Shown here piece after piece: positions 19,166 through 27,322 of a DNA stretch of 64,000 bases (the first letter of the stretch is position 1; every line of letters starts with the position of its first letter). The notes under the pieces were generated by a model, which had not been told where the DNA came from, did no database searches, and saw only the letters and a program-made list of their open reading frames with translations. Position numbers and translations under genes: made by a program. The stretch is from positions 4,264,520 through 4,328,519 of the forward strand of contig CP070750.1 in the NCBI GenBank assembly GCA_020348385.1. Direction: 5' to 3'. This DNA is from Candidatus Aminicenantes bacterium (GTDB lineage: Bacteria > Acidobacteriota > Aminicenantia > Aminicenantales > Aminicenantaceae).

Positions 19166-20512
19166 CTAAGCCCTGAACTGTTTGATTCGAACATCCCGTC
19201 TATCCAATTCCTTGAGTTCCTCTGGCGTCATCAGTCCCAATCGAACTTGCTCATAGGGACAGTAGGCAAAGCAGCGTCCACAGCTGAGGCATGTCCCTTT
19301 GTCCACATCATACTCCAACTGCCTCCGCCGGATAAAAAGGCCGATAAGTTTCAAGCAAAGGATCAAACCGATAAAACCGCCCAATATCCAGCCTCCCCTA
19401 CGGAATTGGCTTTGGATGACACTCGCTTCTGCAAATAACTCTTCCGATGGTTTTCCCGTAGCACGGAAGGCTTTTGTCGCATCGGTCATCTCCGTTCTTT
19501 TTCCCGCATTTTCCAGAAGCACCTCTTCAGCCAAAGATACGGTGGGATGCAGACGGGACAGAGAAACATCCAATCGTGATCCGATCCAGCCAAAACCGAT
19601 GACAACAACAGGAAGGAGGACAAGTAGGGCCGCCACCTGTTTGACATCTCCCTCTCTTTTCATGGGCTGTGTTTCATCATCCGCCTTTTTTATGGCTCCG
19701 AACGGACAGGATTCCTCGCACAACCGGCAGTTGTTGCACTCATCCGGTGTGATCCTGACGTGACGCCTGGAAAGACGTGACATCCAGTTCAAAAGCACTC
19801 CATACGGGCAAAGATAACGGCAGTAGGGACGAGCGACGACTGTTCCCAGCAAGAGCATGGAGAAACCAAAGATGACCATGTTGAAATCTGCCCCAAAACG
19901 GAAAAATCCGATGAAAGGATCGTACTGGCATATGATAAAACCCGCGCCTGTTGCGGCAAACAAGACAGCAAGGCCCAAATAGACATACGGAAAAACACCC
20001 AAGAGGGCAGCCAACCATTCCGGCACGTTGATCGGATTCAGGACGACAGCATCCTGAATGGCCCCGAGAGGACAAACGGCAGCACAGAATGTGCGGCCGA
20101 AAAACAAGGCAAAAACTAAGGGAAGAATAAAAAATAGGACGACAGACAAAGGAATAATGTAGGCTGGGTTGAAAAAAGCGTAGCTGACATTCTGCACAGC
20201 TCCGACAGAACAGACACATCCCTTCCTGTAAAACCCGAAATAGGCAAGAGCAAACACCATCAAAAGGAAGATGTTCCGACGGGAGCGCTGATTGTGAGCG
20301 AAATACGTCGCTAAAGAAAGGGCCGCAACCAAGACGAATATATCCATGTATTCCCATACAGCAGCTCGCGGTGCCGGTGTGAGCAGATCGGGCCGCACAT
20401 AACCCGATTCAAAATCGGGCTTGGGAAAGCGCTCCTGAACTTGGGAGAAGACAAATACAGGACAGAGGAGCACCAGAGCCACAACAAAAATCTTCAACCG
20501 TTTCAATTTCAC
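19166..20512 (-). CDS. NapH/MauN/NosR-family membrane-bound 4Fe-4S ferredoxin-type protein
   Basis: Multiple TM helices. CAAVCPLGA and CRYLCPYG motifs are typical of the NapH/MauN family. C-terminal ferredoxin motifs CNNCRLCEESCP and CLSCGRCFAYCP. Confidence 0.75.
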   Translation of the reverse strand: MKLKRLKIFVVALVLLCPVFVFSQVQERFPKPDFESGYVRPDLLTPAPRAAVWEYMDIFVLVAALSLATYFAHNQRSRRNIFLLMVFALAYFGFYRKGCVCSVGAVQNVSYAFFNPAYIIPLSVVLFFILPLVFALFFGRTFCAAVCPLGAIQDAVVLNPINVPEWLAALLGVFPYVYLGLAVLFAATGAGFIICQYDPFIGFFRFGADFNMVIFGFSMLLLGTVVARPYCRYLCPYGVLLNWMSRLSRRHVRITPDECNNCRLCEESCPFGAIKKADDETQPMKREGDVKQVAALLVLLPVVVIGFGWIGSRLDVSLSRLHPTVSLAEEVLLENAGKRTEMTDATKAFRATGKPSEELFAEASVIQSQFRRGGWILGGFIGLILCLKLIGLFIRRRQLEYDVDKGTCLSCGRCFAYCPYEQVRLGLMTPEELKELDRRDVRIKQFRA

Positions 20513-21096
20513 CCTTCCCGAAATTTTCCGCTCTCATCTCCCCTGAGGATGTAGGGCTGGCTGGCTGGCACCCGTTTCCAAGCCCGGGAGGGACACCTCC
20601 TGGCGATCGAGCACTGATTGCAATTCAAACATCGGTCATGCCGAGCCTGCAGGTACAAAGACCCGTTCCCGAACGAATTGCAGCCTTTCACGCATTTGCC
20701 GCACCCAACACACAATTTCTCATCGATCGTGTATTCAAAATAAGGATCTTCGATGTATGTCCGCTTGATCGCCCCGGAGGGACAGAGCTGGCTTTCCGCT
20801 CCTGTGTCTCTGGATTTGGCCCCGGGCTGAAGATAACCGCTGCACAGGTCGCAATAACCGCACATCGAATAGGAATGAACACATTTCACAGCCGAGTGGG
20901 GCAAAACACAGTTGACCGCGCATTTTTCACACTGGATACAGATGTTGGGATCCAACTGCCAGACCGTCTCTTCGGCTGAAGACTTACGGGACAGGATTCC
21001 TGCCAATCCTCCGACCGTCAGACCCACAATCACATGGAGACTTTTCCTCACAAAATCTCGGCGTTTAACCGGATTTGTTTTCGTTTTTCCCGTCAT
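20509..21096 (-). CDS. Tat-exported 4Fe-4S ferredoxin-type protein (NapG/MauM-like)
   Basis: Twin-arginine motif RRDFVRKSLHVIVGLTVGGLAG. Four CxxCxxC(xx)CP-type clusters (CIQCEKCAVNC, CGYCDLC, CVGCGKCVKGC, CLNCNQC). Overlaps its neighbours by 4 nt. Confidence 0.75.
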   Translation of the reverse strand: MTGKTKTNPVKRRDFVRKSLHVIVGLTVGGLAGILSRKSSAEETVWQLDPNICIQCEKCAVNCVLPHSAVKCVHSYSMCGYCDLCSGYLQPGAKSRDTGAESQLCPSGAIKRTYIEDPYFEYTIDEKLCVGCGKCVKGCNSFGNGSLYLQARHDRCLNCNQCSIARRCPSRAWKRVPASQPYILRGDESGKFREG

Positions 21097-21344
21097 TTCC
21101 GGCCTCTATATTCCTGCTTTGTTTCCCTGGCTTTGCGCTGCCGACAACCGGGAAGCTTCGAACAAATCCTGCAGGGTAAATCGATGACACAGGACGTTTT
21201 TTTCCCTGAGACCTTCCTCCAAGCAAGAGACAAACCCCCAAACGCCAGCCCGCTCAACAAAACCATCCGCACTCCATCCTTCAAAAACTCTCGCCTGTTT
21301 TTTTTCCTATGCTTCTCCTGCATCGTGAAACTCTCCTGCTTCAT
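21093..21344 (-). CDS. Small Tat-signal protein with a C-terminal Cys cluster (hypothetical)
   Basis: RREFLKDG twin-arginine motif plus a hydrophobic helix, then CVIDLPCRICSKLPGC and a basic tail. ATGA overlap with both flanking genes. 83 aa, so coding status is uncertain. Confidence 0.45.
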   Translation of the reverse strand: MKQESFTMQEKHRKKNRREFLKDGVRMVLLSGLAFGGLSLAWRKVSGKKTSCVIDLPCRICSKLPGCRQRKARETKQEYRGRK

Positions 21345-22330
21345 GATTTTTTCTTTGCAAAGATCCTCACTCGCTTTTGAAGCGGATCTAAAACATAGAT
21401 TTTTTGTGTGGAATCGACAGCCAGATCCAGGCCGACCGTGCCCTCCAGAAATTGTTCTGTCGGGGCAACAACGGAAACAAGATTTCCGAGGCGGTTGTAG
21501 ATCTTGATTCTAGGGAGGCCCTTTTCGCTGGTCACAAAGGAACCGTCCACCAACAGGGTAAAGTGGGATGGATTGCAGCACCCGCTGAATCCCTGGATCT
21601 CCATCCCGAACTCACCCCATGATGTCCGGAAATTTCCATCGACGGTATAATTCTCGAGGGAATGGCGCCCGGTGTTGGCGACCCAGAGAAATCCGTCCGC
21701 ATCGATAGCCACGTCGAAATAGGGGCTAGGGATGATGAATCCCGGAATATCTTTGGTTTCGTTTTTATCTCCGATCCTTTGAAGATTCAATCCGGATTTA
21801 TCGAACTTCCAGACAATTTTATTCCCAGCATCAGCGACAAAAACACTTTTTGCTGAGACCGCAATCGATGTGATGATGGCTTTTTCACCCAGAGATTCCC
21901 AACCAGCTTGTCTTATGCCTTTCTGATCGTAAACCTCGACATGATCTCCCATCCCGAGATACAAATCATGGTTTTTGTCGATAGCCAAACAGCGGATCGG
22001 CCCACTTGATTTAAAAGAAGATCGCGGTGTCCCATCGTTGTCGAAGACAAGTACAGAACCGTTGCCGGACACATAAATCCTATCGTCCGGCCCGACGGCA
22101 ATTCCGGAAACCTTCGGCAAATCGATGGGAATGTGTCCCACCTCGGAGTAATGAACCAAATCGGCGCCGCTCTCTGCATAGCTTTGGATATCGTAGGCAA
22201 AAGGATTCTGTTGATCATTTTTTCCATGGCCTCGAACAGCTCTGTATCCGAAGTAGAAGATGCCCGTCAAAGAAACCGCTAAAATCGCACTGGTTAAAAT
22301 TTTTTCTTTTTTCAAATTAAATATACCCAT
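21341..22330 (-). CDS. NHL-repeat beta-propeller protein, N-terminally membrane-anchored
   Basis: N-terminal TM segment ILTSAILAVSLTGIFYF. Repeated D-x-x-G-x-hydrophobic-Y/W-V-hydrophobic-D blades (DRIYVSGNGSVLVFD, HDLYLGMGDHVEVYD, SVFVADAGNKIVWKFD, FLWVANTG) typical of NHL/six-bladed propellers. Confidence 0.7.
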   Translation of the reverse strand: MGIFNLKKEKILTSAILAVSLTGIFYFGYRAVRGHGKNDQQNPFAYDIQSYAESGADLVHYSEVGHIPIDLPKVSGIAVGPDDRIYVSGNGSVLVFDNDGTPRSSFKSSGPIRCLAIDKNHDLYLGMGDHVEVYDQKGIRQAGWESLGEKAIITSIAVSAKSVFVADAGNKIVWKFDKSGLNLQRIGDKNETKDIPGFIIPSPYFDVAIDADGFLWVANTGRHSLENYTVDGNFRTSWGEFGMEIQGFSGCCNPSHFTLLVDGSFVTSEKGLPRIKIYNRLGNLVSVVAPTEQFLEGTVGLDLAVDSTQKIYVLDPLQKRVRIFAKKKS

Positions 22331-22344
22331 TTCGCAGTCTCCGG

Positions 22345-23778
22345 TTATGGATTGACCCTCAGATCGATACAGACCAATCGGCGCGAATCCCGCGCGAGCA
22401 ACCGGCCCTCAACAAAAGCCAACGGCCCCCAAGCATCCACTCCTTCGAGAATTTTGACCTGAGCCAGTTGAACGTATTCCCTTGCACTGGCTCTGGCTAT
22501 AGTTAAAACTCCATCATCGCTGAGTATGAAAAACTTATCATCTGCCACGATATAAGGGCCCAGCCCGAATCGATTCGTCTTTCCGCTGGACCAGATAAAT
22601 CGACTGATGTCATCCGGATGGCAGCACACGAATTGATTGCGCAGCGGTCCGGCATCCTTGGGCAATATGCAAAAAAGATGACCCGAGAAGAATATCGGTG
22701 TTTGTTGCTCGGACGCCATTCCTTCCTCCGGTTTTATCGTTTGGATGGCTTCCACCGAAAAAACACCGGCTTCCTCCTTAATTCTGACCATCGAGCTGCC
22801 CGACCCGTATCCGGCCGTCAGAAAGATTCTCCTATCTCCCAGATAAACGGGAGATGGCGCGATGACATTGTGGTTCCACAAACGGGATTCAAACAATATC
22901 TTGCCCGCTTCCTCCCCATCTGCGGCAACACCAACAATCCCTCCGATAGCGCAGTACACATACATCTTTATGCCGTTTATGACAAAAGGCATGACGGAAG
23001 AATGGGACATTTTCCAGTTGTTGGGATTGGGCGTTTCCCACACCACCTCACCGGTTTCACAATCGACAGCAATGATCAGCGATTTCCCCCCAACAGCAAA
23101 CACGGCCAGGGTGTCATCGATCAGAGGGCACTGCCCGGTGTACCAAAGGGGCACCTCGGTTCCATAGTCTTTTCCCAAATCGATGCCCCATTTGAGATCT
23201 CCGGTGACTGCATCCACACACATGACATGACATTTAGGCCCGATGGTCACAACATACTTTTCTGTTGCCGCTGGAACAGTCCGAGACATCCCATGATTCC
23301 GTTTCACGAAAAGGTCATACCCCCTCCGCCAAATCTCAGCTCCATTATCCAAAGAAAAACAACGCAAAACATCCGCCCTCTGCTCTTCATCGTAATCCAG
23401 AAGATAGACCCGTCCGTTCGAAACGACTGGACCGGCATGACCCTCCCCTAAATCTATGGACCAGAGAATATCTGGCCCTGCATCGTCCCATCTGTCGATA
23501 AGTTGGATGTTTTCCTTGCTGATGTTATCAAAATCGGCTCCCCGGAATCTCGGCCAGCTCCCACGGATTGCGGAGGGGATTCCCTCGAAACTTTCGAAAT
23601 GGGCACCGATTTCCACAGCATCGCTAGCGCTGACAAATCCAAGAGGTCGGTTGTCCATCCCGGGAAGGCTTTCTGCAAAATCCTTGACCGGATTGTACAG
23701 GAGCCACCAAGTCAGAAAAACCAGCCCGAGAAAGGCTGTTCCGAGAATAGTGACACGGTTTACTAATTTCTCATTCAT
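22345..23778 (-). CDS. Membrane-anchored PQQ-like beta-propeller repeat protein (paralog)
   Basis: Probable start is MNEKLVNRVTILGTAFLGLVFLTWWLL (TM anchor) at 23778, preceded by GGTGA. WPRFRGADF motif and blades. Confidence 0.8.
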   Translation of the reverse strand: MNEKLVNRVTILGTAFLGLVFLTWWLLYNPVKDFAESLPGMDNRPLGFVSASDAVEIGAHFESFEGIPSAIRGSWPRFRGADFDNISKENIQLIDRWDDAGPDILWSIDLGEGHAGPVVSNGRVYLLDYDEEQRADVLRCFSLDNGAEIWRRGYDLFVKRNHGMSRTVPAATEKYVVTIGPKCHVMCVDAVTGDLKWGIDLGKDYGTEVPLWYTGQCPLIDDTLAVFAVGGKSLIIAVDCETGEVVWETPNPNNWKMSHSSVMPFVINGIKMYVYCAIGGIVGVAADGEEAGKILFESRLWNHNVIAPSPVYLGDRRIFLTAGYGSGSSMVRIKEEAGVFSVEAIQTIKPEEGMASEQQTPIFFSGHLFCILPKDAGPLRNQFVCCHPDDISRFIWSSGKTNRFGLGPYIVADDKFFILSDDGVLTIARASAREYVQLAQVKILEGVDAWGPLAFVEGRLLARDSRRLVCIDLRVNP

Positions 23779-24994
23779 CACCGATATGATAGACCATAAG
23801 CGCATCGCCGTGCCGGATGTAAAGACGCCCGTCCTTGATAACGGGATGGGCCCAGTGTTCACCAGAGCCTTTTTTCACCCGAAAAGAACTCACCAGATGA
23901 AACTCCTCAGGATTGGGTTTGACCAAACCTACATACCCGTTTTCACTGTAGCAAAACATCATTCCATCGGCAAAAATGATCGCCCCTTTATTCCCAATTT
24001 TTCTTGCCGTGTACTGGACTTTTCCGGTTTTCCAGTCCAGGCAATGCCATCCTCGATTATTATGGCCCGAGCCGTAAATATAGCCGTCGACTAAAATCGC
24101 GGCTCCCATCTGACTGTCAAGCTTTCTTTGCGACCAGACCCGCTTGACACTCGCTCCGTCTTCGGAGAGCTGGAACATCTGACCGCCGGTACCATATCCG
24201 CTCACCGTATACACAAAACCGTTATGATAGAGGGGTGTGTTCGCATTAACTGTATAATCCGTGACATGGGATTGGCGCCACAGATAGTCTCCTGTATCGG
24301 CATCGATGCCGACGAAGGAGCTGCCCGTCATGGTTAAAAGCAGGCGTCTTTTGCCGTGTTTGACAAGACAGGGAGAACAGTATCCTGATGATTCTCCGTC
24401 TGCTTTAATCTCCCAGATCGTTTTCCCGGAATGCCTGTCCAATGCAACGATCGTGACTTTCCGACCTCCAGGGGTGCAAAAAACCCGATCCCCATCCACA
24501 AGAAGGGACTCCGTCATTCCCCACTGCAAATTCCGTGCTCCGAATTGTGCCATCAGATCGACCGACCATATCTTCTTGCCATCCGTGCTAAAACAGACAG
24601 CTTGTCCCTTGGCGCTCATCAAGTAGATCCTGTCGCCGACAACGGTGGGAGTGGTCCGGGCACCGGGTCGACTTCCATTCCATTCCGGGCCGTAGGAGGC
24701 TTTCCAGACAGTTTTCCCATTTCTATCGAAGGAAAACAAAAACCCTTCGCCGCCGGTCATCCCGGTCAGATAAACACGATCCGCTGTCACGGCCGGAGAA
24801 GAATAGCCCTCCCCAAGACCCTCCACAGACCATATTAGCGCAGGCCCTACCTCCGGCCATGCCTTCAATAGATTCTCGCCGGGATAAACACCATCCCGGT
24901 TGGGCCCCCGCCACTGGGATTCTATCTGCCCTAAGGCTATAGAACATCCCAACCCAATAAACAACAAGGTGGTCACCACAAAGATTTTTTTCAT
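23771..24994 (-). CDS. PQQ-like beta-propeller repeat protein, secreted (paralog)
   Basis: Signal peptide MKKIFVVTTLLFIGLGCSIALGQ. QWRGPNRDGVYPG motif. Blades such as YSSPAVTADRVYL. Confidence 0.8.
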   Translation of the reverse strand: MKKIFVVTTLLFIGLGCSIALGQIESQWRGPNRDGVYPGENLLKAWPEVGPALIWSVEGLGEGYSSPAVTADRVYLTGMTGGEGFLFSFDRNGKTVWKASYGPEWNGSRPGARTTPTVVGDRIYLMSAKGQAVCFSTDGKKIWSVDLMAQFGARNLQWGMTESLLVDGDRVFCTPGGRKVTIVALDRHSGKTIWEIKADGESSGYCSPCLVKHGKRRLLLTMTGSSFVGIDADTGDYLWRQSHVTDYTVNANTPLYHNGFVYTVSGYGTGGQMFQLSEDGASVKRVWSQRKLDSQMGAAILVDGYIYGSGHNNRGWHCLDWKTGKVQYTARKIGNKGAIIFADGMMFCYSENGYVGLVKPNPEEFHLVSSFRVKKGSGEHWAHPVIKDGRLYIRHGDALMVYHIGDE

Positions 24995-25094
24995 CTCACA
25001 CCTCTACTCACTTTCTTCATTTATAACCAGAATAACCGAGAGAATTATATTCTAGGACACTTTGCGTATTCTCAGCAATCAACTTGTAACCAGG

Positions 25095-25140
25095 TCTCAA
25101 TATTATACTAATCCTATGGAATTAATATTATAACAGATTT
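25095..25140 (-). promoter_or_regulatory. Candidate sigma70-type promoter with an extended -10 (TGnTATAAT) for the minus-strand gene run starting at 24994
   Basis: The reverse complement of the AT-rich 25000-25157 spacer contains aaatcTGtTATAATatt and, further downstream, a tagTATAAT element. Match by eye only. Confidence 0.25.
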
Positions 25141-25157
25141 TGGATCAAACGTTAGGG

Positions 25158-26519
25158 CTATTTTTCAGAGATGGCCATGAGATGATGATGGGTTCGGATA
25201 TACAAGGTTCCCTCAGATATGGCAGGTGTCGCCATGCATTTATCCTTCATCGGATTGGTTGCCAAGACTTCGAATTCAGGTCCCGCTTTGATGACAAAAA
25301 CATCTCCCTCTTCACTGGCAAAATAAAGTTTTCCATCTGCTGCCACACCGGAGGCTGAAAAACCTGTCATTTTCCCCAGCTGTTCTTTGTATACCACTTC
25401 ACCTGTTTTTGCGTTGTAGCAAGTCAGGGCTCCGTTCCACTGCAAATTGTAAAGAAAATCGCCGTAAATGAGAGGTGTCAGCATATATGAGCCTCCTCGC
25501 CTGACGCTCCAGACAATGGAATCGTTGGAAGTATTGTCTTCCTTCAAGGATATGTCTCCCTCTGACTCCAGTTTTATTGCATAGATAGGAGACAAGCGTC
25601 CGTGAGCACTGTTGATGAACACCATACCATGGGCAACCACAGGTGTGGGAACCGGGATATCCCCTCCCCCGGATATTTCCCATATTTCTTTTCCCGTTTT
25701 AAAATCATAACCACCCATGTGTTTGAATCCGTTTACGATGATCTGCGTTTGTTTTTCTCCCACATGAACGGTCGGTGTGCTCCAAGTGGGAACATCCTCA
25801 CGGGCAGTCCGCCAAATTTCCTTCCCGGTTTTAATGTCCAAGGCAGCAAGGAAGGCAGTGTTGAGAGCATCGCATTGGACGATGACAACGCCCTGGTGGA
25901 TAACCGGAGAACTGGCAAACTCCCATTGGGCCGACGGCACCATAAAAAAGGCCGCATCGAGAAGACCGAAGTCTTTTTTCCAGATCAATTTGCCGTCCAT
26001 ATTGTAACAATAGAGGCCTTCAGAGCCGAAAAAAGCAACCACGTATTTCCCGTCTGTGGAGGGTGTTGAATTGGCATGGGTTGCCTTGGGATGACGTTTA
26101 ACTTTGGGAACACCCTTGTGCGCTGTTTTTTCCCACATTATTTTTCCGGTTTTTTTATCCAAGCAGTACACTTTCCATTCGTGCACAGAGTCATCATCGA
26201 CGGGTTCGATACTTCCATACAGCCCCACTTTGAGCTCCGCATCAGCTTCGCCAGTTGCCGTTGTGACAAACATGCGATCTCCCCAAATAACAGGACTGGA
26301 ATGAGCCAATCCGGGCAGCTTGATTTTCCAATTAATGTTCTTGGGTGTATCTACATCCCAGGATACAGGTGTAGCATATCTATCGGCAATACCACTGGCG
26401 TTTGGCCCACGGAAACTGGGCCAGTTTTCCCCATCAGTCGTATTCTGGCCTTGCAGTACGATTAACGTTCCGAATAAAATCACCGTACTCAGTAAAATCC
26501 TACTTGAATTTCTTAACAC
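25158..26519 (-). CDS. PQQ-like beta-propeller repeat protein, secreted (paralog of 2420..3835)
   Basis: Signal peptide. WPSFRGPNASGIA motif. Co-linear and ~55-60% identical to the + strand ORF at 2420..3835. Confidence 0.85.
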   Translation of the reverse strand: MLRNSSRILLSTVILFGTLIVLQGQNTTDGENWPSFRGPNASGIADRYATPVSWDVDTPKNINWKIKLPGLAHSSPVIWGDRMFVTTATGEADAELKVGLYGSIEPVDDDSVHEWKVYCLDKKTGKIMWEKTAHKGVPKVKRHPKATHANSTPSTDGKYVVAFFGSEGLYCYNMDGKLIWKKDFGLLDAAFFMVPSAQWEFASSPVIHQGVVIVQCDALNTAFLAALDIKTGKEIWRTAREDVPTWSTPTVHVGEKQTQIIVNGFKHMGGYDFKTGKEIWEISGGGDIPVPTPVVAHGMVFINSAHGRLSPIYAIKLESEGDISLKEDNTSNDSIVWSVRRGGSYMLTPLIYGDFLYNLQWNGALTCYNAKTGEVVYKEQLGKMTGFSASGVAADGKLYFASEEGDVFVIKAGPEFEVLATNPMKDKCMATPAISEGTLYIRTHHHLMAISEK

Positions 26520-26715
26520 AGGAACCCTCCTGATTCATGAATTTGTGAAGGTGTCAATAAAATCATCTCGTTTTAAATCCGAATTCAAATAGTAGCAAAA
26601 TCAGGGATAAAGGACAAATTCCTGTGTATTTCCGATTGACCATGGTACCCCTGTATGCTACATTTATCTATCCAAATACGCGGCAAATATCGGCAGGAAA
26701 CCGGAGGAATACAAC

Positions 26716-27138
26716 ATGGCCAAAATAGAATGGGACGATAGCTTATCTGTGGGCGTAGGACTGATCGATGAACAGCACAAAATGCTCATCCAAAAGTTAA
26801 GAGATCTGTCTGACGCTTTAGATGAAGGACGTGAATTCAATAAAATCATGAAAACTCTCGACTTCATGATCGACTACACAGACTTCCATTTTTCCACAGA
26901 AGAAAAACACATGGCAGAACATGACTATCCTGAACTGGAGGATCAAAAAAATCAGCACGAGCACTTCAAAGTCACATTGAACCACATTTTGGAGGATTTC
27001 AAAGAGGAGGGCCCGACAAAGGCACTGGCCACATCGATCAACGTATTTCTGCTCAACTGGCTCATCAATCACATCAAAGGAACCGACCTCAAACTCGGCA
27101 AGTTTTTTGCAGAAAAAGGCTTGACTGATATCCAATAG
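26716..27138 (+). CDS. Bacteriohemerythrin (hemerythrin-like metal-binding domain protein)
   Basis: MAKIEWDDSLSVGVGLIDEQHKMLI is the canonical hemerythrin N-terminus. His/Glu ligand pattern HF...H...E....H...H..D. Confidence 0.85.
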   Translation: MAKIEWDDSLSVGVGLIDEQHKMLIQKLRDLSDALDEGREFNKIMKTLDFMIDYTDFHFSTEEKHMAEHDYPELEDQKNQHEHFKVTLNHILEDFKEEGPTKALATSINVFLLNWLINHIKGTDLKLGKFFAEKGLTDIQ

Positions 27139-27232
27139 AAATCGTCAAAATCTTCTCTTTCCCCAAATTGACTGCCCTCATGAGTTGTGGCATACGCAGG
27201 GTACCAATCCATAATTGCTGAAGGAGAAGAGG

Positions 27233-27322
27233 GTGAAATTCATCAATCGAAGACAATTTCTCAAACACGGAACATTCGCCATAGCTTCCCCAGGCATGTT
27301 TTCTTTAGAATCTCATATATAA
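27233..27322 (+). pseudogene. Truncated 5' gene fragment encoding only a twin-arginine signal peptide (VKFINRRQFLKHGTFAIASPGMFSLESHI-stop)
   Basis: AAGGAG RBS then a GTG start, a Tat motif RRQFLKHG, and a stop after 29 codons inside an AT-rich region with no long ORFs. Resembles the Tat leader of the nitroreductase at 61279..61911. Confidence 0.3.

Noticed and set aside
22618-23451. 277-aa ORF on the + strand
   Set aside because: Antisense to the propeller gene 22345..23778. It has no RBS and no recognisable domain, and its composition is low-complexity.
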